In this document: one piece after another, positions 1-13,822 of the stretch
Layout: the number at the start of each line of letters is the position of its first letter
Position numbering within the stretch: the first letter of the stretch is position 1
NCBI GenBank assembly: GCA_050575255.1
Contig: JBNZDD010013549.1
Location: 739,283 to 803,282 of the forward strand
DNA length: 64,000 nt
Source of the DNA: Harriotta raleighana
Taxonomy: Eukaryota
Direction of reading: 5' to 3'
The notes under the pieces: generated by a model
Database searches by the model: none
Told to the model about the DNA's origin: nothing
The model's input: only the letters and a program-made list of their open reading frames with translations
Made by a program: the position numbers and the translations under genes

Positions 1-489
1 CCTCACTGCCTTTTATAGAAAACCTCTTTGTGTCTTGAAAGCGTTTTGAACACTATTAACCTTCAGAGTGAAAATGCACATTTTGGAGCTTTTGCCAATA
101 AAATAACAGCCAGTTTGCCCACACAGTCTGCAGAACATTCTTGTTGTTTTTCTTCCCGTTACTATTCCATTGAATAAAACTTGTTATGAAGTATCTCTTT
201 TTCTTCCCCCCCCCAAAGTGTGGCAGAGTCTAGATCCGGTCTTAAATTCTTGACATCTGATCACATGTCCCAAATCTGTGTTTATATCACATTAAAACAA
301 AGTCAGTTGTTTAGTTTGCTTTCAGTCCCATTTTATTGGAGAACTGCATTATTGTTCCTTTCAAATCCACTGTTTTTCATTTTTCATTCGGGATGACTAA
401 TTGGCCGAATTTCAACTCCAGTAACTAAACCCTTCAAGTGTCTCAAGGCATGTTCTGCTCAGAAGCAAACTGCCCAAAGTGCCGGGATA

Positions 490-778
490 GGAGTCCTGAG
501 GCTCATTGGTTAGAGCGCTCGCCTGGCAAGTGAAAGACCTGGGTTCGATTCCCGGCAGGCCAAAGCCTTGAACAACTTTTCCTACTCCACACGCCTGATG
601 ATGATGCCTCTCGAGGAAAAAAAATTGGTCACTTCAAACCAGAACTGTTTGTGCTGTGCGCAATTGACTGCCGCATTTTAGCCACCGTCAATTCACTTTA
701 CAGTGTATTCTGTGAAGCGCTTCGAGACGTCTAGAAAACGTGAAAAAGTGCTATACCGAATCCATGGATTATTATTAT
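490..778 (+). mobile_element. Full-length tRNA-derived Deu-domain SINE with L2-type tail and (ATT)n end
   Basis: A box ggctcattggttagagcg, B box ggttcgattcc, core gctgtgcgcaattgactgccgc, tail gaagcgcttcgagacgtc...ggattattatt. Confidence 0.9.
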
Positions 779-936
779 AGCTCTTTTCAAGATGTTGACA
801 CTTTGAACATGTTTTTTCTCCAGATGGCCGCAGCATCCAAACTGATCCAATATTGCCAACACTTTGCCAAATCCAGTGAAAGTGTTCTAGATTTGATCCA
901 ATTCAAACAAACAGAGGTCTCGGCAGAGCCAATCGG

Positions 937-1132
937 AGGGGCGGCCGGGAGAGCCATTTGGCCTGGGCCTCAAGCTCAAAGGGGGCCTCAAATTTAGACG
1001 CTTGTTAATTTTTTGGGGGCATTCGTTAAGTTTCGCGACTTGTTGTTTTCATGTGCCGCCATTTTGAACCAAAATGTGACACACACACTCGGGGGCCCCA
1101 AAAGTTGGAAGTGGCCCGGGCCTCTCTGAACT
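937..1132. mobile_element. Possible non-autonomous DNA transposon (MITE) remnant, truncated by the adjacent SINE
   Basis: GC-rich ends with repeated ggcc(c/t)gggcctc and gggggcc(c/t)caaa motifs around an AT-rich centre; terminal inverted repeats incomplete. Confidence 0.35.
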
Positions 1133-1453
1133 TAATAATCCTTGCATTTGATATAGCGCTTTTCACATCTTATCAACGTCCCAAAGCGCTTCACAGAGTA
1201 TACTGTAAAGTGAATTGACTGTATATTTGTGGGCGGAACGCGGCAGCCAATTGCGCACAGCAGCGTCCCACAAACAGTCATGGATTGAAATGACCAATTT
1301 TATTATTGTAGTTTTTTTTGGAGGGATTATTATTAGGCATCTGGAGTAAGGAAACTTGCCCAAGGTTTCGCCCTGATCTGCCTGGATTCGAACACAGGCC
1401 TCATGCTTGTAAGGCATGTAAGGCGAGTGCTCTAACCACTGAGCCACAGGAGC
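1133..1453 (-). mobile_element. Full-length SINE, same family
   Basis: Reverse complement of head (gctctaaccactgagccacaggag), core and tail (aataatccttgcatttgatatagcgc). Confidence 0.92.
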
Positions 1454-4400
1454 TCCAAATTCTGAGGGGGCCTGGGTCTAGGAGAACAGTGGCAACAAAA
1501 TCAATTTTCTTACTCCATATATTTCATCATTTATGGAATTCAAGAGATATCCAATCAAGGGAAAAGTAGATACACACTGCAGATTGCACACGGACTTGTA
1601 ACTAGACTTGTTCGGAGGGGTAGGTGTGGAGGGCGCCCAGCATTGATGATGGTGGAAAGACATGTCACTGAAACCTGCCAGACTCCGCCACACCCCACCC
1701 TGCCCGCCCAACCCCAATGACTTTTCAGATTCATTTTGCTGTGGAGCAAAAACAATCTGTTGCAAGATGCACACTATAGCACGATACCACTGCGCTATCC
1801 GTAATAACGTATAACACAATAGATACAACAAGGGAACGATGAGGATTAACAAACAACATTTTACATTGTTTGGACCATTTAAGGGACTCTTTTTTTTTTC
1901 TCTGATGCTCCTGATGTAATTCTTATTCAACACCACAATAATGGATTCCAAAAGTCATAGGTTTGTGCTCTCCAAATCCATTCGCTGACTTTCCACTTTA
2001 AAGCGCTCTCAAATTGTTGACTTTGATCAATCCCCAATGCAGGTACCATCGTGTCTGGGTAATAAAAGTGTCAAGAAGACATCAAATAAGTTGAGCTAAC
2101 TCATGAGCTGACACCTGCCATACTTCTTTCCAAGTCGAGAAGCCAATTACATCAAAGTCTTTGTTACAGAATACAATTACTGTACTTTATTTGAAGTTGA
2201 TGGTAAATTAACTTGGTTATGGAAGAGGCACAGTGTGGTGTAACCCCACCCCAGATGACCTCATTCTGGAGAAATAAACTGCCCGAGTGTTTTATTGTTT
2301 TTTTTCAAATCCCACCTCATTGCAACTCTGGATCACCTTTTAACCCGTTCACTGACATGGAGGAAATTGCATTACAGTAAATCCTTGGGAGGTTACCGTA
2401 ACCCTGTGTCAGTGGAACAGTGATAAATGGATTCATTTCTGCAAATCATAAGGCTTTTGGACACAATCAACATCTAACTTTATCAGAGAAAAGAACAACT
2501 GCCTGTAACTACTGGTCTGTACCAAGCAACAAAATAAAGCACAGCTCTATATTACCGTAAAAGATTCTAAGCATAATACTCAAAATACTGTCTCTTTGCC
2601 TCGATAGGTTTACAAGATATATTTCTTTATGTGATGGTTGGGGCGTAATCTTAAGTGAAGAAATCTGAAAGATTTTAAAGGACATTTTGGTAATGAATGG
2701 CTGAAAGTGAAGGCAGGAAAGAAATAAAACCTTTTACACACAGAATACATACGGAGCCACATAATTCCACTCACTGCCTGCGTCATTTTCCTTTTTCAGA
2801 ATATTTCCGGAGTATCTACCAATTGGCGATAAGAAGGAAAATGCTTCGATCAGCGGATCGCTCCCTCGCGAATGTTTATATCTGGAGAGGCTTCAAGCAC
2901 CTGTAATGACCTCGCTGATGGACTGAAGCAAACGTCTGGTGTCAATAAAAGGCCTGCTTTAAAACCCGAGGCCCAACTGAGGTGCAAACTGTGCCCTGGA
3001 AACATTCAAAGCAAAATCCAATCTGCCTGTAGTTTTTCCATCCAGCCCTCAGTAAGAGCCCTGAATGTGACGTTACACAAGCGACGCAAAGCGATTAATA
3101 AAAGAGAGAACAACACCTTTTATATGGTGTCTTACCTTTGGGTATTATTCCCCCCTTTCCCCCCGCACCCACTCACGGTGGTGGATTGCGGACGTTGGGG
3201 CAATTGTTATGGGATTTGGAATTGTTTCAGCAGTTCCTCTTGAACGCAAAGTTTGTCGATACAAACTGGCCCACGTGAGCCAGCAGAAAAATAGTTTGGG
3301 GGGAAATCATGGAGGGAGAACATTTCTTCTATTTGTTCTGCTAAATGTTAGGAGTTCTTGGCAGACTTATAAGAGGAGTATTTTTAAAATGACTGGCATT
3401 TCACTGCTGAGCGAACAATTGTGGCATTAATCTTCTTTCCCCTGCATTGTAGTTTCAAATTGAAATTCTTGTGGAATAAACTAATGGGTTCCTAAATAAA
3501 GACTTTCTCATTAAATGCCACCCTCTGTGGGTCTGCAGGGTCTCAAACTACAAACTGCAGCTCTAAGCACCTACCACATATGTTTTTAAAGACTTAAAGA
3601 AAACAAATGGTCAGAGAAAAACACAGAATGTTATATGGCTTTTAATACTGAATTAACCAGGAAATTCACATGGGTTCTATTTAGTTTCAGGTCACAGTTA
3701 AAAAAAAGTCTAGTCATACAAAATTCATCAACCTTTCAAGACGTCCTCACCATTCCTCAAGGGCAGTTGGGTTATTCCCCCCCCACCCCCCACACAATTC
3801 ATGTGTGTGAAGCAGTTGTGACTGGAATGTATTTTTGCTCAGCAATAACACAAACATTTCCAGCCCTTGCTGAGAAAAAGGCAATAACATTCACAGTTTT
3901 CTTTCTGGGTTGTTTTGTCAAAAATCAATCACAGCCATCGCCACTTGCTATTTTTGGTAAAAACTCTCCAAACAATTAAGAAACCTTTTGTGCTTCAGAT
4001 GAAAAACATTTTATTTATTATATCTGTGCAAATATATACATGGTAGAGATGAGACAAAACTGGAAATAGCATTCATTGTTGATCTTTTCCGGGGAGGACA
4101 AGGTTTAGATGCCCTAAATGAATCATCTACTGCACAGGATTTGACTTCTGGGCAAGAACGAGACCCACCATTGTCATGGAAAACATCTTGTTTTCCACAT
4201 AGCGAGAATATTCACGGGAGCAATCGGTTGGAAAAGACACATCTGTATCTCCGAGAGACAAAACCACTCCGAGGAGCCATCAAACTTCTCGCCACAAAGA
4301 GCACAAGTCATTGCTAAATTCCCGAGGTCCCGTTGGTACTCACTCATTTTAGTCGATTTTGACCTGGCTGATAATGTTCAGCAGGAATCAGATTAGAGCA

Positions 4401-5349
4401 GGCTGACCCTTAGGTACATACTGTATTAGCATTCGCTGCTGGACATTCCTGGCCTGGAAACGTTTGCTTCATGCTTTCCAATGGCATTCGGCAAGTTGAA
4501 AAGATTAGACCTCGAAATCCGACCTGATGATTCCTCTGCTCAAAACAGCGCAAACAATCAAAACCCCACCACCACCCACCAGAAACTGAGAGGACTTTCC
4601 CAACCAAAAGATCACATCTCCATTATCTGGTGGTGTGTCCCAGCAGAGCCCAGTACAGTTGCTATGTTCTACAGGCACATTACCCTCTTGTCCAAGAAGA
4701 CGAGATTGGTTGAGAAAGGGACGCTGGACTCATTAATAATAGTTTGAGGAGAGGACGCCAGGGTGGGGGATTTGGACGGATGTGATCAAATGATTCCAAA
4801 TGGATCTTGTGAGATTACAATGAATCAGGTCATCAAGAGTATGGTTCTCCAGTTACGTACCAGTAAAGATGTCAGGGAGTAGTTAATGTGTAATTTTATT
4901 TCATGAGTTTTATTGTGAGCATGGAAGCTTGAAAGAAATTAAAGAGTAATAAAGAAAATTGAAAGCGTATCTGTTTTATTTTCTTCGATGACTTCCCCGC
5001 AATTGCTCCTGTGAACTCAACCATATCTGGACATAGAAATCTTATCTCTCTATACAAAATAACTATGAGCAATGCCATGGGATAAGTCACACAATTCCCC
5101 TGGTCAAACTTTGTATAGGTTCTTTGTTTAAGATTATCTTTTACAAAATGACACTTTCAATTTAAATTGACTCCTGTTCTGTATACTGCACATCAATCGT
5201 TCAGTACTGTTATTCAGAATTAGTTAAACATTAACAAAAATATTTGAAGTTCTACCTGCAGCCATTACATATCGTACCTCAAATTAATAGAGACGCATAA
5301 AGGAATTTACTGCTCCGTCTCTAACTCACTTGCTGTACACAATCGCTTG

Positions 5350-5476
5350 ATGCATTTCACCCACAAATATAGTCAATTCACTTAATTGTATATTCTGTGA
5401 AGCACTTTGAGACGTTTGGAAAAGATGTCTAGAAATGTGAAAAGTGCTTAATCAAATGCAGGGATTATTATTATCT
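5350..5476 (+). mobile_element. SINE 3' fragment
   Basis: gtcaattcac...tattctgtgaagcactttgagacg...caaatgcagggattattatt. Confidence 0.8.
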
Positions 5477-6169
5477 TGTATGAAGAAAGGCAATGAGCAG
5501 CTCTAAGTGTAGCTGGTACTTGACAAGCGTAAGTACAGTCATTTAAAAAAAGCTTTATGAATGCTGGAGAATGTTTGGAGGTGGAAATTTGCTCTCTTCG
5601 AACTTGAGGACGTGTAAAATTAGATGGAAAATAGAGTGTCACACGTTAAGAAGTTAAATCATTTTAATTTACTGGTACATATTACTAAAAAAAATAAAGT
5701 AGATGATGGAGAGAAAAACATCCGAAGCTTGTTCATTGTTAGTTTGTGTTTCAAAATGAGTTTGAGTTGAGAAACCTACGTGAGAGGCCACATGAAAAAA
5801 AGCAAGTGAAAGAGTCCAAACTATATCAAGACGTGATGTTTAGGGATTCTAAACTTGAAACCTGTGAGGTGGCAGATTTAAGAGGAAGGGAATAACAGTA
5901 GAAGATTGATTCAGACTAGAATCTTTGTCTCTGCATAGCAGTAAACAACATTTCCATCATTATATTAGGTTTCCATTATTACACAGTACATTTCCTTTAC
6001 TAAATATTGATATCCAAAGAAAGACCTCAATTCTTTTTTTAAAACAACAAAAAACAACAAAGCAATTGGATTAATATTTTTCTGACCCCGAAGTTGTATA
6101 AAAAGATAAACTAAACGCTTTGAAAATAGCAATAGAAAGAATCAGTTCTGATCAGAGATCCTAAGCAAA

Positions 6170-6232
6170 ACTTCTCTTTCAGATGCTAATTGAGCTGATG
6201 CGAGATCCTCAACATCTTCCATTTATTTTTAG
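6170..6232. repeat. Degenerate copy of a common chondrichthyan interspersed repeat (ttctctttcagatgct...); related copies near 51195-51265, 56790-56845 and 62670-62740
   Basis: Shared ttctctttcagatgc motif at 6171 and 51198; family assignment is from memory of shark repeats. Confidence 0.4.
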
Positions 6233-6454
6233 AAATTCTGGTGCTAAAATCTTAAATGGTTTTCTTTCAATATGTACGACAGAGTTCAACAAACTGCTGA
6301 CCCTTACAGTAGAGTGATAGAAGTGAGAAAAATTCCAGCAGTACTCAAACATTCGAATGAAACTGTACAGAAAGAGCTGTGTGCGTTTTCAGTTCATCGA
6401 CTCTGTGTTATTTAATCACTGACCAACATGTACCACTGGCTCAAAACAATTTAG

Positions 6455-6601
6455 GACACACACAGACACATAGACACACAGTCACACACACACACACATA
6501 AANCCACTGGCTCAAAACAATTTAGGACACACACAGACACACAGTCACACACACACACACACACAGACACACAGTCACACACACACACACACACACACAC
6601 A
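6455..6601. repeat. (CA)n microsatellite cluster, partly duplicated across the N at 6503
   Basis: Directly visible. Confidence 0.9.
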
Positions 6602-6802
6602 TAAGACCAGTTGTTGGGCAGATGGATAACTTACTAAAGTGTCACTACAAAAAACTCAACATACATTTAATCTGGGAAGCAGTGTCACAAATAAATCCAC
6701 GTTTGAAGCTGGAGACCAGATTAAGAGAGTTTAATAAGCAATTTTGTTCAACAGACAACGCTGCAAAATTGAAAAATAATGTACTGTATTAAGAAAGACT
6801 TT

Positions 6803-6908
6803 TAATAATAATAATAATCCTTGCATTTGATATAGCGCTTTTCACATCTTATCAACGTCCCAAAGCGCTTCACAGAATGTACTGTAAAGTGAATTGACTG
6901 TATATTTT
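6803..6908 (-). mobile_element. SINE 3' fragment, nearly identical to the copy at 1133
   Basis: (aat)n ccttgcatttgatatagcgcttttcacatcttatcaacgtcccaaagcgcttcacag. Confidence 0.9.
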
Positions 6909-9727
6909 GCGGTTGCACTAGAGTTGCGGGCACTTGTAATGGATGCTCATTTATAAAATTATTGGATATGTCCCTTGTATTTGTGTTTCAATGTCATTGT
7001 TCATATAACAGCACGTAACGGGATTGTCAGAATGACCCCCACAGGCATTGACTTGAATACTACAGTATCTAATTAGAGGCATTTTTCTAAAGGGAAGTGA
7101 TTATGCAGCATAGTGGGCTGTAGTTTTACCATTGAAAGGTAGGCTTAAATCCAACCCAGATTGAGAAGATGAATCGTCTCTTGGTTCCTACCTCATGTTG
7201 AATTTGTGTCATTTCAACCTTGTTTCCAATGTGTCTGAGTCTGAATCCAAGCTGCTGCTAGTTCAGCACAAGTGTAAAGAGATCTCAAGCTGCCTGGTCT
7301 AGGATATAGGAATGTTTTACTTCTGGGGTAAGAATGTGCTTTTCTGAGGCTGGAGTAGATTCTACACGTAAACCACACACTACCTCAGCTGGGATTATTC
7401 AATGACGAAAAAGTAGTGAAATATTTGATTACCCCACAATAATTTCCCTTTCAGAAAAACAAATGCCAAAGGCAGAGAGATAGAGGAAGGGAGAGAGCGA
7501 GAGAAGGAAGGGGGAAGAGAAAGGAGAGAGCAGCCAGTGTCATTAGTGTTTGTTGAGACACTCAGAAGCCACACATTATAACATGTAATGCGCAGTTTGT
7601 TAATAATTATAGCATCTGTTGTGGGGGAAAAAAAAATCCCAAACCCTGCCTGAATTCTATTTCCAGCATTTTGGTGTTTAAAAATATTTTATAAAGATTA
7701 AGAAACGTTTCCCAGTGTAGAGGTTCTGAACCATGTTAAGTTTGACGCATTGCATGAGCTTGTGAACTCTCGCGGAAAAGATTTGGAAATAGATTAATCG
7801 AACCTCTCCTGCAGATAGAAATCATTCCATCTCCCAGCCAGCAGTCATTTCACTCACACAGCAAGACAATTTTTTTTTTTACAATTTCAACCATAAATAT
7901 CTGGGATTTATAGAGTCGAGCAATGAGACTAAAAAACTGTTAAATGAAAGAAGTTATTTTTCTGTTTGAAGGGCTGCTTCATTGTGTACCAGAGGAAAAT
8001 ATAGAGTGGCCAGGCCATTCGTGAAACAATTCAGGTTTCAAAGCTAGTTTCAAATGAAATCTATCACTGTAAAGTTATGAAACATTTCCCGCACTCGACA
8101 TAAATCTCCAGTTACACCAACGCTATTGGAATTAGCTTGCAAATTCTTTATATTACATTCAAAGCTATTTTATGGTCCGTCAACAGAACACACTCTTTGG
8201 TAAAAAGAAGAATTACAGCACAATGCAGCTACAGCTGGGATTCTGGAGACCATATGAATTGCTAGAGTGTGTGGGTGATGAAACTGTTCTCTCATGTAAA
8301 CAGTAATCCAAAGGTTAACATGTTGTTCTATTTAATTGTCTTTTAATCTGTTTATAGTACCCAAATAGGGTGGCAAAGATCCATTTAACATTAGGCCACA
8401 GGTCAAAGCATTATATCAAATGTAAGCATTATTATTATTATACCTGCCAAGTCCCAATTTTTATCAAAAATGATATCCAATATATCTGTAATGGATGAGT
8501 CAGCCAACGGCAAGATGGTAAGGTTTAGTACAATACTGTCCAATATTTTAGTACAATAGTTCCTTATGCTACCTTTAGTTGACAACAATGCTCTCTATAG
8601 CAACCTGTCTCAATGCTTCAAAGCACCACAAAGCAAACAAGCTGGTCTCATTGCCTCAGTAACCACGAGAGTGAAATCCCTGCAGATTCCAGCAGTATCC
8701 CCACACCAGGTTTTAATCNTGGTCTCATTGCCTCAGTAACCACGAGAGTGAAATCCCTGCAGATTCCAGCAGTATCCCCACACCAGGGGATTTTAATGTG
8801 AGTCATCAAGAGACAACCTCAGGCCATCTGATAGGACAAGTGGGATAAACCATCCTAAATCAAGGACTCACCAGATGATTCTCTCCGAATACTAAGCAGC
8901 TGAATGTATGGGGAATGTAGGAGAGAATTGTATCCACATGACCTAAGTCAGTGTGAAACATGGGCTACTTTACTGAGTTTGATGCATATACTATATTCAA
9001 ATGACTTCGCGTTTTAAAAGGCCCTGATTTAATGCAAGCTTACTTGGTTCCATCAAAGAGAACAACAACATCCCATCTCCCAGTGAAAGATCTATTTTCA
9101 CTGCAAATATCAAATGTTTTGTGACTTTAGCTGATAATTCATCACATCACTGTATTCGTCTGGAAAACATCTTCTCAAACCAGCTCTCGGTGTTGCTGAG
9201 TTAACAGCTGGTGTTTTTGTCCCCCGGTGACAGGGATTATAACTATTTATTTATTTATTCAACGCCCCATGACACACCTGTCTGTTTTTAATACAACGTT
9301 TGTGCCTTCAATAGTCTCATTTGGTGGAATAAGAGCATCCATGCACGCACTCAGCTTTCATCCTTCCCATTGATCCTGAAAACAACGCTGATACGAGACA
9401 CGAGTTCTTTTCCCCCGAAACAAAGGCTTTGAAGAGGAAGGTCCACCTGAAAATACAAAATGCTCACTCAAACACAATTAGAGCGAATTTTCAGAATTTT
9501 TGTTTTCAGTTTCGGAAAGCTGACTTGAGATGCACACGGAAAGGAAAAGATCTAAACTCGTGAAGTCCTCCAAAACATGAATCACTTTGTATTTTCCTTT
9601 TTGACCAGCACACATCTTTATTGTGACTCCATCCGCGTATACCTTTTGTTCAGCTGCCAACATGACAGGGTGTTAGAGGCTAAGTGAGTCGAAAAGCACA
9701 AATGGTAGTGGGATGACAGTAAAAGAA

Positions 9728-9965
9728 TAAATAACAGCAAAAAATTGCATTTATAAAGGGCAACGTCTCAAAGTGCTTCACAGTGATGTTGTCAGACATT
9801 GAGCGTGGAGGGTGAGGGAGAAGAGCGTAGGAATGGTCAAGGAGGTAAGTTATCAGGAGGTTTTTAGAGACAGATAGAGGCAGCAACGTGGGATGATTTA
9901 GACAGGGATTTCCAGAGGTTAGGGATATAGTGGCTACAGGGTAGGCTGGTTGAGCAGAGAGGTGA
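9728..9965 (-). mobile_element. Old L2 3' fragment
   Basis: aacagcaaaaaattgcatttata...aacgtctcaaagtgcttcacag...gggatttccagagg. Confidence 0.6.
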
Positions 9966-11767
9966 ATAACAGCAGTTTGCTGAATAACAGTGTGAAGCTA
10001 GAGAGGCCCCAGAGGTTGGAAAAAACAGCCAGTCTATGCTTAGTTAAACAACAAATATAATTGGGAAGATCTTTTGCTCCACAGTTGAGAGGAGGGAGGG
10101 AGGGAGAAGGCTTCGGTTCTCTTCCACTAACTCTGGGGTGTTTCCTTCATCAGATAATTACTACTCGGGGAATGAAGCCTTGCTCTAACTGTTGAGGTTA
10201 TTTTATTTTTATTTGCAATGACCTCATCCTGCAATGCGAGCCACCATCAAAGATTAACTGCCCACGACTCTCTGGCAGCATTTTCAGCCTTCACGCTCTC
10301 AAGCAACGGGGTATTTTTAAATGTCAGACTTTAGGGATGTGCGCTCGTAGATGAAACTGTCGTGTTTTGCACAAAAAACGTCCCCAACATTGCCAGAGTT
10401 GACACTTGCCATTTGAGTGGTCAACGCAGATGACTTATGGGAAGAAGTACGCAGCTTGAGCATCAGCGAGCAGACGTAGTTACACTGAAAAGCATTTGGG
10501 TGCATTTTTTTTTCCCCCCTGGCAAGACATTTAACCACATGCAATAGCTAAAGATAGAAAACAAGGCAGGACAAAGAGTTCTTTTGTTCATTTTAGTTCA
10601 GGTGCAACTGAGCGTGTGTGAGCCATATCCCTGCCATCTCTGAAAGCCTCCATCTTAACGATATATTAAAAAAAATGACTTTGTAACTGTTCGGCAAGGC
10701 ATTTCTGACGCTTATTCAACAGGAAATATGCAGCATTACATTATTAAAAATCCACCCCCAAAAATACAGGGCCCAAGACATTTTGTTGCAGAGTCAACAA
10801 CTCATTCAATTTATTTTGGGCTCGGCTGGATTTCGATGTAACTCCTTTGAACACAACCCTGTTATTATGTGACTGTTGTCAAAGCCTTAACATTGCGAAA
10901 CATCTTGGAAGATGGATCAGAACGCATAGGACTCGGGAGGCAAAGATTTTGTGGGATGGAACACTTTTGTCATCTTGGGGCTTCAGTCCAATTGGGGCTG
11001 CAGTCCAAAGGCTTCCTTTGTACATAAGTTCAGGTACATCCAGGTGCAAAGGGCCTTCGTATCTCTCACTGCAGCAGCTGCCTTAAAACCTCTTCTCATG
11101 GGGGCCAGTCCCAAACCGTCACATTTCTGTTTACAGAACGCAACCGTGCACGAGCCTCGTTCACAAGCAATTTCTTGGCTTTTACACAACGTGACACTAT
11201 GGGAGATTGGCAAGGAGCCTCACACACACTTCCCAGCTGATCAGAAATCTGGTTCCCCTGGTGACAGCATATGAATGTCAGTTCTTCTCTGAACATTTGG
11301 ATGGGAAGGTTTTTTTTTCTACCAAACGTGATGTCATTGCCATTTATATCCCCAAAGGGTCACGTGCTTCCCGACAAGGCGATGTCTCAATCACCAGTTG
11401 CGCAGGTAGATTTCAATCAGGGCCCGTATTAAATTATCTTTTAACACTGATTTATAGTTTAAAGCCATGTATCGTGTAACAGGAAATTGTGACGTGCATG
11501 CCTGAGAAAGAACGTTAGGAAATGAACGAGTCTACAAATGTTTACAATAAAATAGTTGGCTTTCAATGGTGTGAAGCTTTGTTGGTGGAAAGCACTTGCA
11601 ACCCTTACAGAACAGATGTGAAACGGACAAAACCAACTCTGCTGGAAACGTCCCAGCAGAATGGCGATTGCGTCATTTCCCTGCTGAGCTGAGGACATTG
11701 TTATGGCAATGATTTGGGTGTCAACTGCCCTTGTTACCAGCAGCTCTGACACGCCGAACGCTTTCTA

Positions 11768-12080
11768 AATAATAATAACGATGAGCCTTGCATTTGATAT
11801 AGCGCTTTTCACATCCTCTCTCGACGTCGCAAAGCGCTTCACAGAAAATACTGCAAAGTGAATTGACTGCACATTTGAGAGGCAAAACGCAGCAGCCGAT
11901 TGCGCACAGCAGCGTCCCCACAAACAGTCGTGGATTGAACTAAACCAATTTATTTTGAGGGATTATTATCAGGGGTGTGGAGTAAGGAAATTTGCTGAAG
12001 GTTTCGCCCTGATCTGCCTTGAATCGAATCCAGATTTCTCGCTTGTAAGGCGAGTGCTCTAACCCCTGAACCACAGGATT
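11768..12080 (-). mobile_element. Full-length SINE
   Basis: Tail, Deu core (gcagccgattgcgcacagcagcgtccc) and tRNA head (gagtgctctaacccctgaaccacagga). Confidence 0.9.
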
Positions 12081-13822
12081 CAAAGATTTCTGTTTGGAGG
12101 CCACGCTTATGCCGCTGTACCTATTTCCCAATAATAACATGATTTGATGTGGAAACTTAACTCGCGAGCTGTAAAGCGACAGGGAGATTGCCATCACAAT
12201 AAAAGCTCCCATTTTTATGTACAAGTATGTTTTCAATTCAATTCCTCGCCCCCCCCCCCCTCCACCCCCTTTCCGTTTTTACTTAAAGAATTAAGTATTT
12301 CTTTTCCCCCAGTTGATAAACTATTTAAATAACTATGCAGATCACATTCCTAAAACAGGCAAATAATGCATCCTGTTCAAAGCAGATTTTCATTTTCCTA
12401 CTTAATAAATTGTGGCTCTGCTAACGTTTAAAACGTCCGTTCAAGCTGGGCTTTCCGAAGCAGAAATGATACACTTACTGTATCATTTGAGGATACACGC
12501 CCTCACTGTATTTTGGGAATTGAAGATGTTTAGACTGGGGCCACTGTCTCAGTGGAACAAAATGCGAAGCGCACAAAATGATCAGACCCCAGAAAGCAAA
12601 ACAGCTGTGGCGTTCCAAGCAAAATTCGCAGAAGTAAATAAACAAGTTCACTGTGTCTGGATTTCAAATTTGTCACAATGAGTGACAACATCTGAAACAA
12701 CATGAAATGCAGCCACCCGAGAACGATGTGTTCACATAACCCGACTCCTGGCTTTTGGAGTACTTTTTTGGCCTCACGTCCTTGTGTTTAGAGGCTGTGT
12801 TCAGGGTTGCAGCGTTTACTTACACCTGCGTTCTCATTGGTGAATTTCGTCTCTGTTCGACATGGCAACGAATGCCAATGTTGGAAGAGTGGAACAAGCT
12901 TCCTCCACTTGTCGAATCGTGTCAACGCCAACCACTCCCAGGTTCAACATTACACACCGGTTGCAGTGTGTAACTCCCTCCCTCCAGTGCCCAGGTGTCA
13001 GCGTGAGTTCACATCTCGTGTCAGGGCCACCTAGCTCATAATCTAGCCTGGGGTGGGGCGTTGGGGCGGAGGTGGTGGGAGGGGGAGCGGAGGTGGAGAA
13101 GGGAGAGAGAAAGGGAAAGAGATGCTGGGTTGTCAGAAGTGCTGTCGTTCTGAAGTGATGATTAGCTAAGGTCCTGTTTGCTTGCTCAGGTGGATGTTGA
13201 CTAACAAATTGCTTTAATTGGCCCCCAAAAATAGTTTCTTCCGTTGTCCTTGCCAAATTCTACTGTTCGCTACGGGGTATTGGGCAAATTGACTTCGGCT
13301 ACGAAATACACGTATCCTACATTTTACAATAAATCCTGTGAGTCCCTTTTGGAGATTTTCTTTGAACAGATAAAGCGCGATATCAAAGGCCACGAGTATT
13401 ATTACTCTCCCCCAGCCATGCGTCTCAACTCCAGCCGTGAAGCGCACCCACAACTCCACCAGTGTGGACTTTCTTCCTTGGAACACTACCTAGCGTTATT
13501 CCATCTGTGAGTGAGGCTCCTAAAGAAAACCATTCCTGGCTGGCTTTGCTCCTGGACCCACATTGACCAAGCGTTGGGACTGTCCAATCCCATGGACGAG
13601 CCAAGCTTGGAGAATTTTTTAATTCATTGGTTCCACTTGAAATCATCTCGCGGTCTCAAGGGGTGTAACCCACTGTTAGGGCGAGTGTCACCCAATCCTA
13701 ATTCTGATTTCTTTTGTTTAACAGCAGTGATGTAGGAGTGTCCACATTCCTGGATCAAGCAATTGCTAAGGCAATTAATCCCGAGCCTCATCAGGAGAAA
13801 AGTCAGTTGTGTGCTAGTCATA

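Noticed and set aside
490-570. tRNA-like sequences with A and B boxes (also near 1380-1453, 12010-12080, 17196-17260 and 32491-32550)
   Set aside because: They are SINE heads continuing into the Deu core, with no proper acceptor stem; not tRNA genes.
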